Positions 12,617 to 25,233 of a stretch of DNA of 64,000 bases are shown here, one piece after another. This DNA comes from Balanoglossus misakiensis (Eukaryota > Animalia > Hemichordata): assembly GCA_040954595.2 (NCBI GenBank), contig CM082587.2:8561403-8625402 (forward strand). The letters are read 5' to 3'. How positions within the stretch are numbered: the stretch's first letter is position 1; every line of letters begins with the position of its first letter. Below the pieces are notes generated by a model, which saw only the letters and a list, made by a program, of their open reading frames with translations, ran no database searches and was not told the origin of the DNA. Both the position numbers and the translations under genes were made by a program.

Positions 12617-13454
12617 TTAACTATTGCAGCTTTATGGTCATTTTAATTTGTGAAGAAAGACATTCTCACTAAAACATAAAAGTTTTACTGTATAAGTACT
12701 GACGTCATAATGGGTTTTATTCAAAAAATACACACCCAAATGCCTAAATGTGTCTTGAACTGTAAAGGCTCAGTACATCTATTGTACAACTTACACCTTG
12801 TAAATTTCTGTGTTTTGCTTATACAACACCCGTTTGTGTGAGAATCATCACTGTGCAATCATTACATATCACACATTGGCAGCACATTGGACACGAACAT
12901 TTTGACGATTGCATGACTTTCCTAGCTAGAAAGTAATGGTATTCCCTTTATGGGCCACGAATATTTACCCTAAAACTTAATGCTCATGCAATTTTGGATT
13001 TCTTGTTAACTGCACATAATAGGCAGATAAAAAAATCAAGGAAACAACACAAAAACAGGAGAATTACAGTTTTTCTGATCAAAATTCATAATACCAATCC
13101 ATTCAAACTACTATAGTTAAGTACACTCATAAGTTCAACATAGTGAGACTTGGTCCAGCCAGTGCATAAGTGCACATGCCCACATACACTTCACATTTTC
13201 CACTGACCAGAGTTGCCAAATGGGCCTACTCCCATATTGTACTGGTACATGTACATACAAGCTACAAGCTATGTCAAAACATGCTCAAAGGCTTTACTGC
13301 CCAAATGTGTTCACACCTATTTTTATCACAAGGCCAAGGACCAAGTCAACACAGCACCAAAGACAACAGATGTAAATGCTTGAATAACTGTTGATGGGGG
13401 CTACCCTAGAAAGGTTGCCAAGTAGGAGTAATACTGTCCAGCGAAATTCCTGTA

Positions 13455-16400
13455 CTACACTAGATCTGAGGTGTCTACAATAATTTTGATGAACATGACA
13501 TTGTCCTTGACATAGGCATGGCGACTGCTGTCTATCTGGGAGATGGGCATGAATAAAGGGCACCCAGATGCGATGTTCATGTCTGAGGTTGGTCGCTTGA
13601 ACGAACTTGATGTTGGGTCCGGACGAAATGCATCGATCACATGTTCACGGTTGTTCTGGTCCAGAAGCATGAATGTCACCTGAAAGATACAATAATACAT
13701 GGACATCAGTCTTTGCTTGGAATTGGAGTCATTATAGATGGGAAATCTTTTGGTACACGAGATCAGAAATAGTATACTTTGTCTCATATTATAATATGCT
13801 TGGTGTGAATCCAGCTTGCTGATTGGCTGGAGCCGGGGTTTATATCCCCGGCAAGAAAACCTGGACCCTGAACAGTGAATAACTAAAAAAAAAAAATAAG
13901 AAAATAGAACACGTAGAAGAGAACGCGCCTGAATAGAACACTCTAAGAATCCTACTGGCCGTGGCATAAAGTTGCGTGACATTAGAAATTCTAGAACATG
14001 TTTGCACGAGCTCAGTTGGCACGTTCTGGAACAGTGAGCGATGAGGCCCTGGAACTGGCATGATTTATTCCAAACCAAACAACGGATTTGAAAAAATTAA
14101 ATTATTTATCTTTATCAAGCAAAATCATATTATAATGAGGTTATAAACAGTGCCCTCGGGTATTTGGTACGGATATAAGACCTCTCAAGTGAAAATATGT
14201 TAATTTTCACCTGAGAGGTCTTCTATCCGCAACCAAAAAACCTCTAATTAAACCCTGGTGTCTGAAACTAGCAAGGACATACCTTTTGTCTGAATGGCCA
14301 TCTCAGCAAAGCATCATGAGGTCCTTTCATGATGACAAAGAACAAAGATACATGATTTCCTTTTCCCATTCCATCGCCATTCGGATAAATCCTGGCACAC
14401 ATCTTGTAACCATGGCGACTTGTGTAGAAGCAGGGTGAGTAGAAAGATGCGGTTCTTCCAGACACAGCATCTTGTTGCTTCTTGGTGAAGTCGCTAATCT
14501 TCCAGACTAGAATTCCATCATACGAAGCCATCTCCAGTGATTGAATACGCAGATCTTGTTCTGCTAACGCCACATCTTTCAGTGCAATGATGCGATCTTG
14601 AGCTCTGATTTTTCTTTCCAGCGATTCCATCAATTCTTTGTCTTGTCTTCTCTGTCTTTCAACTCCTTTGATCATTTGCGAATCTCTCTCTATCTGTCCA
14701 TTCAACACAGCCACAATTCCTTCATAAGTGGAAATCTTGGTCTCCAGAACTGTGATTTTATTCTTCAAATCATCGATCATCCGGGACTGTCTCTCAATCA
14801 TTGGTTCCAACTCTTTTCCCATCACCAATCTTTCTCCTTGACCATGTTCCTGGGAGATGGTTCTAGCCACTTTCTTTTCCAGCTCTTCAACTGTCTTCTC
14901 AATGACTTCTATCTTTTTCTGTTGTTCTGTTGTTTGTCTACTCATTCCAGGGATATTGATTTCTTCTTTCAACTCTTCAATTCTGGCAATGGCTTTGGAC
15001 AACATGTGGAACAGCAGATCAAGATGATGTACCTGGGCTTTCTTCAAATGGTCTGCAACTTTTTCTATTTCAACCTTTAAACAGAAATTAGAAAGTTTAA
15101 GCATTGTTGAGTTGTTGAAGATGGTGGAAAAATATAGAGAGTTTTGAATCACATGTTTGTGTAGTACATGTACATTGTATATGTACACGTACCACAGTAC
15201 ATGTATATCACAAACCAGTAAGACTTGCCTGTTAGTGTTACTACTAGAGAGGTGAATTTTGATTTTGTCAACAAATTTTGTAGGTATATATGCACCATAT
15301 ACAGTTTGTTATATCAGAACTTGAAAATACATCCGAAATCACAAACACAGCATTTGTACAATGAAGTTCTAGGGAATCAAATGTTTCCCATGTCAGGCAT
15401 GAAAAGACTACTATGCAGGTGTAAAGGGGAAATCCCTCTTTCCTATCCAGTCATTCATATAAAATGCTCAGGTGGATTCATTCTCTTTCACTAACTACTT
15501 ACTTATTTGTTTGTTTGTTAGTTAGTTTGTTTGTTTGTTTGTTTATCCATTTGTGTAAACTTGTTCATGACATTCATGGCATAATGTGACACAAAAAATT
15601 AATCTTACCATTTCATTGCAACCAGCTTCCTTATATTTACATGCACCAATCTTCTTTTTGCAATCACCATTTTCTGCATCAATGTGATCAGCAAACTGCA
15701 ATGGAAAATAAGCAATGAATTTACTTTAAAGTATATATGGTATGCAAAAATGAACTTAAAGGGTCAAAGTTTCCCCCTTTTCCATGTCAAAATCCATTTA
15801 ATACCTACTTCAAATCAATAAGTAACTCATACAATGAGCACACACGGCTTGAAGAATACCGCCAACGTTTTTGCCCTTTACGCTAAGACATTGTTTATGC
15901 CTGGCCGTACGTGCGATTTGAACCAGCCACCATTTTGAACCCATCTCAGTGGCAAGAAGTGTAAAATCACCACGTGAAGTCAGTACCATAAAACTATGTG
16001 AGCACCAACACAACTACTAGAAAATATCTTGTTTTTAATAAGTCTCCTGTTCACTCTGCATTCTATGTCATGTGATGTTGAGTCTAAAAATGGTGGTATA
16101 TTTCAGGTATATGTAAACAGGAATACAGCACAGCTTGACCATTGTACTTTTGGTCAAAAGCTGTTATTTTTACATCAGACCTACCAGTATGTTTTTAATG
16201 GATGGGGATCAAATTCATCAATGAAACTCTTTGCAATAAAATTCTCTGATAACATATGAACAATCCACAATCCTGGACCTACCTTTTCTCGTGGAATATC
16301 TTTCTTTCCACAAAATACACATGATATCAGGAATTTCGGGCATTCATCATGATGGGCCTTGGGGGGAAAAAACAGAAGAAACAGAAATAATTAGTTTCTG

Positions 16401-19141
16401 TGAACAAGTTATCATAGTGACTTAAAACTGAAATTAATAGGAAAACCTGATGAAATGATGCTACAATGAAGAGTGTACAATGTAATCTGCTTCCCGTGTC
16501 TCAATTCTATTGCTGGCTGTGCTGTACCAATGTATAGGGTACGATACGATGCAGCCATTTTGTCCGCATTTGGGAAAGATGGCTGCAGTTACTACCATGA
16601 AAATACAGTAAGTGTATTTATACATTTCACATGATAGGCAAGTTTAAAGTTTTCTTTTTTTTCATAAACGGTTTGAGACAGCTATGCTGGCCAGACCTCA
16701 TCTGATGTAAAGGATTAACACCTCTTGACAACACGTTGTCGATCAGGCTGAGTACCAGGGTCTATGCTTAAAGTTTGCGTGTGAAAACACAAAGCGACTC
16801 AGTGGATTAATCCTGTTTTTACAAATGGCAAATAGTGTCTCTGAAACGTTCTAGTTTTACCCAGAGTGAATATGGTATACATGTACTGTATTATATGTCA
16901 TCTTGGGTCAAATGCAACACGTACCATCTTAGCACAACAAGATTTTAACAAAATAAACCTTTTGCTCAGTTTGTAGACTTTCCTGAGTCAGATGAAGTTT
17001 CCATCAATACATTTCTTTCTGATGGCCAGCAGCAGGCTTTAATATACAAAGTACTCGCAACCTACCTTCAAGTCTTTGAATGTGATTTCATGTTGACAGA
17101 AGTGACACTGGACAACTCGCATCAAACACTGATGCTCAAGATGTTCACTCAACTGACTCCGCAATATCTGTTGATTACATCCACTTTTGATGCAAACAAT
17201 GACACCATATTCACACTCGGATACATGCACCTGACGGAGGCAAAGTCGAATTATTACCACTGTACTTGTAGAGATTAAAACTTAGCCTTCGGGCATGAGT
17301 GTACAATCTGACCACTTGCCATACATTTGCGCACATATGGTATATACTGGTCAATCAAGGTGTACTTGTAAAATATGTTCAATGCCATCATTAAAATTTA
17401 ATTGTGCACATAAGGGTTGATCAAATCAATTTTTATGTTTGTCATGCTTGAAATCTTTTGCTTGTACGTTTCACTATTCACACCAAAATAAGAACAAAAT
17501 GTACAAAGTGAACAGTACTACAAAAACACACCTCATAATCTTTAAACATTCCAGTCCAGTCACATCCATTATTGATACAAATGACTATGATAGTTCGTAG
17601 TTCACGTCTGATGGCATTGTCTGGAAAGATCTACAGAGACACAAATAAACAAATGATATTAGTTGTTAGGTCATCTAGCTAAATACATCATTGTCAACTA
17701 TTTAATACAACCATTCGAAGATTTAAACATAGAACCACTGTTAAGACTGACTGGTGAATTGGCTACACTAATCAGTTTAAAATTGTGTAGGGTCCCCTAA
17801 TAGTCAAAAGAAGAACTCTCTCTACAGTTAAAAACTTATACCCTATAGCCTAGATGTAGTTGTGTGTTTTGGTGGTTTTCACATCATTGTTGCAGACTGC
17901 AATCCATCTCCACTTCACGCAGAAACTATTGCCATAAAGAGGTTATGGTTTACGAAGATGGTTACTAGCTATATTTTCAGGGGACCTGATATAATTACAT
18001 GTACATCTGATAAGTGTGGCCCAGAAAAAACAAAAGTATCTTTGGTAATTATTTACATTACAGTTAATTGTTCGACCTTACCTGATCAGCTGTTATCAAG
18101 CTATCAGGATCATCTTTGTATTCTTCACCACAAATAACACAAGAATGGTGTCCAGGTTGACTGTGAAATAAAAATTCAGTTTGAGACATGTTATTCATTA
18201 GGATTGTAAATTAATTGTAGACACATGCAATTACACTACAGTGCCCAATTTCACATTTTGGGACAATTTTGGTTTGCATATACTGATGCTATAGAAAAGT
18301 GTGGCCAGCCATAAAAACTTCTTTTTTTAAATGTTTATATTTTTCTTTGCTATACAAATCAGTGACACTATACACAAATATTATTTGCCAGTGTTTAATA
18401 AATGATGGTAATTCAACATCTTGCATATTTCACGGACATCCTTGTAGGCCAAGTAACTGAGCCACTTATGTGATTCGCACAGTAATCAAACATTTTCTTC
18501 AAATCACGAAGAATCTATATTTATGAACATTACCATTGTAAGGTGATACTGAAGGATTCAAATTACTAGGCAATGGTTGCTAAGGTAATTCTGCCAGAAC
18601 ATTGATGTCTCATCCGTGGTGTCCAGCTAGGGAGACCCATATGTTTGTTCACATTTTCACTATGGCACCACTTCACACTTATTTGCATATCATAAATTTA
18701 CTGACTCCCCAGCAAATCAAACAAATATCCCCAAGGGATTACACAGTGAAGTTATCGGTCCAATACTTTGGACGTAGTTCTCCAGATGTGCACACATTTA
18801 TGTGATATCTCGAAAAGTACGAAAAGAGTCAGAAATGACGCTTGGAATTCAAGAAAAAGAGAGAGCAGAATGAAAGTATGAAAGTACTTCAATAACTTTT
18901 ATTCTTTATGAAAGGAATATATAGAGATTCCATAAATGTTATACTATCAATTCATTGACCTCATTCTAGGTCTTTTTAGTTGGCATACTTGTATCTACCT
19001 GAGAATATCTTGAACACATCCCCCACAGTATCGATGACCGCAGTATGTCTGTACTGGATCCTTCAAGATAAGATGACAATGTGTACAAAGATATTTCTCT
19101 TCTGGTAATGACGCAAATATCTCTCTGGGATATCCCGGCAT
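13455..19141 (-). CDS. TRAF2: TNF receptor-associated factor 2-like, copy A (554 aa). Exons 19141-18999, 18160-18082, 17630-17532, 17230-17066, 16357-16283, 15695-15609, 15074-14283, 13679-13455
   Basis: All introns are GT-AG and frame-consistent. Domains: C3HC4 RING (CTHC..CGHRYCGGC..CVIC), FPDNAIRRE, TRAF zinc fingers, coiled coil, and a MATH domain with TRAF2-type NNREHVIDAFRPD.TSSSF.RP..DMNIASGCPLF. Confidence 0.95.
13789..14245. mobile_element. Non-autonomous hairpin element (Crypton-like) in the last intron of TRAF copy A; homologous part at ~25706-25980 in copy B
   Basis: ATTATAAT motifs and the hairpin AGACCTCTCA.GTGAAAAT..ATTTTCAC.TGAGAGGTCT, shared by both paralogues. The family assignment is inference. 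Confidence 0.5.
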
Positions 19142-19436
19142 TGTGCAACACTGTTTGGATAAGCAGCTTTAAATCATCTCTACCTTCAATTGGAAGAAAG
19201 AAAAGAGTAATTGTAACTTTCATGCACATATTTACACAAAACAAGTCCCTAAGGGGCATCACTGAAACTGAAAATTCATTCCTTTACATGTAGCTTTCCC
19301 AAACTATCCCCTTATAGTTACATGTATACTGAACCTCTACATGTATGTGCTAAAATAAAGCAAGTGACGGAATTGAATATACAACAAAGGTCAACAGTCT
19401 GTTAGTCTAGTATCTAGCAGTATTTTGTCCACTTTG

Positions 19437-19810
19437 TATGGTATAATTATATGTGAATTGTGCACTTTGTACTGCCCTAATTTATCAAGAGGGCAAAATA
19501 CGGCCAGATACTAGACTAACAGTCTGTAGATGCAGGTATCACAAATTCTGTACAAAAATGATTCATGGTTTCACACAAAGTAAGCATTTCTTCTTTCTCC
19601 GAGATAAAGCGATCTCTGGCTTCAGTGTCAGCCGACAGAAACTATTGGAATGCAACATGTGAGTGTACACATCATAAAGTGGTTATCGGCATAACGTATG
19701 GGTCACCCCTGTCTCGTAATTCATTTTACTGATGACTTGATGACACCAATTTGCACTCTTGATAAGCTAGGGCAGTACAAAGTGCACAATTCACATATAA
19801 TTATACCATA
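19437..19810. mobile_element. MITE with ~60-bp terminal inverted repeats
   Basis: TATGGTATAATTATATGTGAATTGTGCACTTTGTACTGCCCTA... and its reverse complement at 19750-19810. Confidence 0.8.
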
Positions 19811-20169
19811 GTCATGAAAAGACTCTATCATTGGCAGGGACATGATCACATGACACCAACTGATCAGATTCATTCTTGGAAATTGAATTGGTTTCAAAGT
19901 GAGGCTATAGTTTTGTTGGGGCTTTTGGATTGTCAAAGCAAATCTAGATGCATTGAAAGTGCACTGGAATTCGAGTGCACAGTTAAGGATCATGTTTAAG
20001 TGCCGAGGTAAGGAAGATATTAACTTCTACAAAGTTGAAGAATTGTGTTGGGGTTCATGCTAGGTCAGACAGTACTAAATCCAGAGCTCCAATGTACACC
20101 AGTACAAACATCACTGCAAAGTTGCTACTATAAATACCCCAATATGTGTACAGATCTGTGTGTTCCCTA

Positions 20170-20273
20170 TAGCTGCAATGATTGTAGCGGGTGCTGCTAG
20201 GTTGATTGGTGTGTTCGCAGCCCTGTGAACACACCAGTCAACCTAGCAGCACCCGCTATAATCATTGCAGCTA
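20170..20273. mobile_element. 104-bp near-perfect hairpin MITE (TAG...CTA, Academ-like)
   Basis: 51-bp arms with 3 mismatches. Degenerate flanking direct repeat TGTGTTCCCTA/TGTGGTCCCCA. Confidence 0.7.
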
Positions 20274-21056
20274 TGTGGTCCCCACCCAAGCGATACGCGG
20301 CCTCCACGGTGGAGGGTGTGTAACGCTGGGATCACCGACACGGACCACTTCGCGGATAGCATAACGCAGGGGGTTTTGCATGTTTTGTGGGACAGTTTGC
20401 GTTCTGAGCGCGTACTAGACGCTATGTTGAACGCAATATATACCATCATGCATTGCAGATACCCAATCCGCGTAGTGGTCTATGGGACTGTATACCGGAA
20501 GTGCGTTATTCGAAATACCGAAAATGGTCACTCTGTTTACCTTTTGACAACAAGGAAAGTTTTGGAGAGCAAATCCAAGAAATACTATTTTAAACATTGT
20601 TTGTGAGTTGCATACACGTGATACAAAACCCGCCCTGCAAATATCGCACTTACGGTCACCAGATTCGATCTCAATATTGCTAGATTTTAAACTGAGGAAG
20701 ACGATCCAAGGAAAGGGTTTCTTTAGACTTGAGTTACAATGTACTCGGTTCATCAAAAGCATACATCCACGTCTAAAGCAAGAAATATTAATTGGTTCAC
20801 ATCGACATGATCAAAGATGTACATACCATTATAAAGCAAGATTTGATACCCTAGTTTCCTACACAACGCGATGTCCTCACACTCCACACTCCATCAGTAC
20901 TGTACATGCCATCACAGGCTACTGTGGCGCAACAGAAGTCACGTGTGGTGACCACAGACCTCGACCGTGATGTCCCTGTTTTTGAATTATGAAATTATGA
21001 AAAATCACAAGTTGTATAATATATAGAATATCATTTATCATGTTTATTTAATTCAA

Positions 21057-21245
21057 CTTACTTTCGGAATGGCATCAGAATCAGAACGGCCTTGCCTTCA
21101 TTTTTGCCTAGTCACGTGAGACGCAGTGTTCAGCGAAGGGCACTGATGACGGCGCCCTCTGGAGATGAAATGTGTAAGACCCGGATTACATGGACGCAAT
21201 AGCCATTGTTAGGGATTTCCGGTCAAAATTTCCGGCCACTTCCAT
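21057..21245 (-). promoter_or_regulatory. Probable promoter and non-coding first exon of TRAF copy A
   Basis: GTAAGT donor at 21061 and a matching acceptor near 19183 upstream of the ATG. The CpG-richer patch has a Rel/NF-kB-like AGGGATTTCC (21211-21220), ETS-like TTCCGG twice, and a CTCF-like GGCGCCCTCTGGAG (21151-21164). Confidence 0.5.
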
Positions 21246-21338
21246 AATCATGGAACCAGAGAGAGTACCTCCATGCCATAATTTACCGTTTTTCTGCTGT
21301 TGCATGTGAAGACACATGTGGCGCTTGCCTCTGAATAC

Positions 21339-21474
21339 CACAGGTGCTCGTACGTGGACTTGTGCTGTCACAGGGGAGAGCGAATGGGGGGGATCTCCTT
21401 CCTACGGAAGTCGCTCCTAGCAGATCCCCCCATTCGCTCTCCCCTGTGACAGCGCAAGTCCACGAGCACCTTTG
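21339..21474. mobile_element. 136-bp hairpin MITE with 8-bp TSD (hAT/P-type)
   Basis: CA...TG termini, ~55-bp arms, TSD CTGAATAC at 21331-21338 and 21475-21482. Confidence 0.8.
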
Positions 21475-22374
21475 CTGAATACCGCGGTCTAAAAAGCCAA
21501 AGGTCATTGACGTTTTTTTTATAATGAATATGATGATCACGTTTGTTTGTTGACATGTCAGGGTAACCGTTGAATATACCCTAACATGACAACAAACAAA
21601 CGTGACCACATTTGTTCGGTTATTAGGCCAAATTATCAATAACAACAAACAACATTCATATATTTCAGGAGTGACCTCATGTCAACAATGTCCCATCTAC
21701 AGAGTTGCAATACCATACAAGAACACTTCAAATACCAAGTTACCAACACAGATGTTTGCAGTGGCCAGATATTCATACATATGTCCACATACATACATGT
21801 GCTCTCACATACCAGTATACACACACACACACATAGACAAACAAACATACATGTACGTACATACAGAGAGACAGACAGACACCTAATGAACCCATACTGC
21901 CAGTAATATTTTTATTTTTATACCAAATCAGAGCTAAATATGATTTAGTCAAATTATATCTAAACCAAAATGCATTGAAATGATTCCATAGATAATTCTC
22001 TGACAAATATGCCTTTATTTGGAGAACAAAAATGCATCGTGATTTTAAAAGTATTTCAACATTTTAGTACATGGGATGTATATTCTTCACTGTTACATTG
22101 AGAAATACACGTTTCGACACAGGCAAACCACACACGCTAAATATGTGTTACAATCAATAAACACTAACACCTTTTATCTGTACGTTAAAGACCAGACGAC
22201 CTGTAACTGGATAAAAAATTTAAGCTTTAAATAATCTTGGATATGCTTTTAATTCAGTCTATACAATACTGCCTGGTACTATATCTAGATAACACTTATT
22301 TGTGACAAAATATAGCCACAAAATTGAAAATGTCACGTCTCATTGGAGTACATCTACATCTACTCAGTCAGGAC

Positions 22375-23346
22375 GTAAGTGGGGTAATTACGGCGGTGAG
22401 ATCAAAGAGATCTATTTGAATGTGAACGTCGCTGAGTGGCAGTTACGGCCAGTTCGAAAAATTTTCAAACGGAGATTTTCGGTACTACAAGTGATCGTAG
22501 TGCACCCATTTTTCTAAGACGTGTATGAAACACCATAGTCAATGATAGGATGATTTTTCGTGAAGTTTTAACGACGCGTTCCCGAGAAAGACAGTTTCGG
22601 TATGTTGGTTTAAATTGTGGTCCTTGACTCTCGGCAAAGATTTCTTGTCTTGAAAAAAATTGGGTAGGTTAGAAAGATATTGAACTAAGTTACCGTGAAA
22701 TTATAATAGTGTGAGCCGCTCCGTTGTGGAGTAATGACGGTGTAAAAATTGCCTTCGCCATCGACGAGTACAGCCGTGTTTGCCATATGTGTATGCATTG
22801 AAGTAGGTCAACGCATGTTAACCCATGACGTAATGGCTTCCTTTTCAACGCGTCGTTATCTCTCATTAGCATATTACATAGGGAGTCCATACACTATTCA
22901 CGCTGACTGACTTCTCAGGACTGACCTATGGCACTGTAAATTGTGGTCCTTGACTCTCGGCATGGATATATTCATGTCAAAATTATGAATAGAGGAGTTT
23001 AATAATGTTTCTAAAACCTGAGGGGGTTAATTTTTGTGTGGGTATGGCTGATATTTTTTTTTTGATTTTTTAACTTCAAGGTCACTTTGAATTTCGTGAT
23101 CACAATTTTGTCAGTGGAAGTAAAGAAATTCTTCTCGATAAAACTTCATGAAAAATCACATGTAGTACACTCATAGTACCAGTAATGTGCCTGGGGTGAA
23201 ATAATTGTCAGAAATGGGTTGCAAGTTGCTTAACTTTCGTTGTGAAAAAAGTTGAAAAACTGTATGCAAATGAGCAATTCAAATGTTACTGGCCAGTTCA
23301 AGTGTTTGCATTGCATGATCCCCTGCTGTTTAATTACCCCACTTAC
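22375..23346. mobile_element. ~970-bp non-autonomous TIR element, copy 1
   Basis: Near-identical to 27240-28231. TIR GTAAGTGGGGTAATTA. Confidence 0.85.
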
Positions 23347-25233
23347 ATTACAATAAACTGCATCCTCATTCATTTTGGCCAACTAGGGGCGTTTTCATAT
23401 TGTCACTAAAAACTAATACTTGTAGTGTGTCCATTTTATGGGAAAATTCTCTGGTAGCTTTCTACCACTGATTAAATAGGGATTAATAGTGTTTGATAAT
23501 AACAACAAATATAACAGTGATATTGATACAAGGTTTTCTGACAAAACAAAAAACATTGAAAAAATTATCCTTTAAGATTTCTGCTTCGTGGATTTCAATG
23601 TTACTATTACATATGACCATTGCTACAGTTTGTAATAGACGATTTTCATACCATATAATCAGAAAGTTATTTCTTGGCTTCACTGATTTTATCATATCCA
23701 ACAGCATCATAGAAGTAAACTATATCTACTGCTGACAATACTTTCAATAATGCAACTAAATGATAGGATTTGTTTCCACTACCATCAACCTTGCATACAC
23801 AAAACACCACAACTATGATTGTAAATCATCAGGTTTTGCACTTAAAAAACTGAATGGTTCTATGTCCATATTACATAAATGACGAGAATTTAGAGATGAA
23901 GGATTCATCAGGTGAGATTTTAACTCGAAGATAATCAATATAACTTTAAAAATGTCTTTTTATCAGCTTTATCCTGGCAACAAAAGTATATTTTTCCCAT
24001 AACAGAAACTGTGTTGCAGTCAGCTGTTTTGAAAAGGTAGGAATAAGAATCCATCTGCAAAGTGATTGTAGTTTCAGATTGAAAGAATTGACTAAATCAT
24101 AGAGGCGGGAACTGAAGTGTAATTATTACGAACAAATTCTACTCTGATTCTGAACTATGTTTGCTATCATTGCTATGCTTGTTGCTATTCACAAATGCTC
24201 CATTTGTAAACACATCATCAGCAGGAGATCCCTATCCATTGTCCAGAGCTAGTGACATTTCTGGTCAAAGCTGACTTGAAACAAGTGACCAACAGACGAT
24301 CACTCGTTACTTTGTTGAGAAAGCGAAATTTCAACTGCAAAAGAATGCAAGTCCGTCCAGTTGCGATGTTGTCAGTTTTGTGGAACAGTTCTACTTGCAG
24401 ACAAATGACGTCATTGTGACTAATAATCTGAGAGGGAATAAAGCTCTTGCTTTTTAATTTTCACACTCCATCCAAACCCCAATAACATTCAATTTTACCC
24501 ACTCTGTTACATGCATAACTTCACAAAATATATTTTAAAGCATATTATACTATTCAACAAGGTAACGGTACATGATACCTACTATAGCATCTGAGGTTGT
24601 GTGCCCCTCAGCTACAAAACTAAGACCACCAAAACACTCATCAGGGCCATAAAAGTTAGTATTCTACACCTAAGTATTAAAAGACTTTTCTGAACTGACT
24701 GACAATCAAAATTATTAGCACACACCACTGAACTCAAATCCTATCAATCTGTACTTTTAGGTACAACCTATTTAAATGTTGCAAATACTACTATAATATG
24801 ACATTCCTTGGAATACTGCAACTTTCAAATCAATCTGCACCTATAAGCACAGTTGATGTAGATTTAGACCAACAGTGTGTAAATAACCAAGCACTGTTTA
24901 TATATTTATTATGATGCAGTTTACAAAAAATAAATGACTTATTCATTTTTGTTTCCCGGATTTTTTTATATTCGCTGTTATTCATTTTATGTCCATGTGC
25001 AGAAGGACCAACTGTGCTGTGTATTAACAATTTGCTCCGTTCAATGAAATCACACACCATGAATTCACTATGAAATTGAAATGTGTTGTATCCACACACA
25101 GAAATTGTTATGTTTGGGGAATGCGTTTCTTTGAAGGGACGTGGCAGTTGTGGTTGACTGGTTTTGTGTACAAAGGGTTGATAGATGTGGAAATCTCTCT
25201 TGAGAGCCTCCAGAGTAGTCTTTATATTAAATC

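Noticed and set aside
14598-15080. 160-aa and 180-aa plus-strand ORFs (also 26335-26877)
   Set aside because: Antisense shadows of the TRAF coiled-coil exon.
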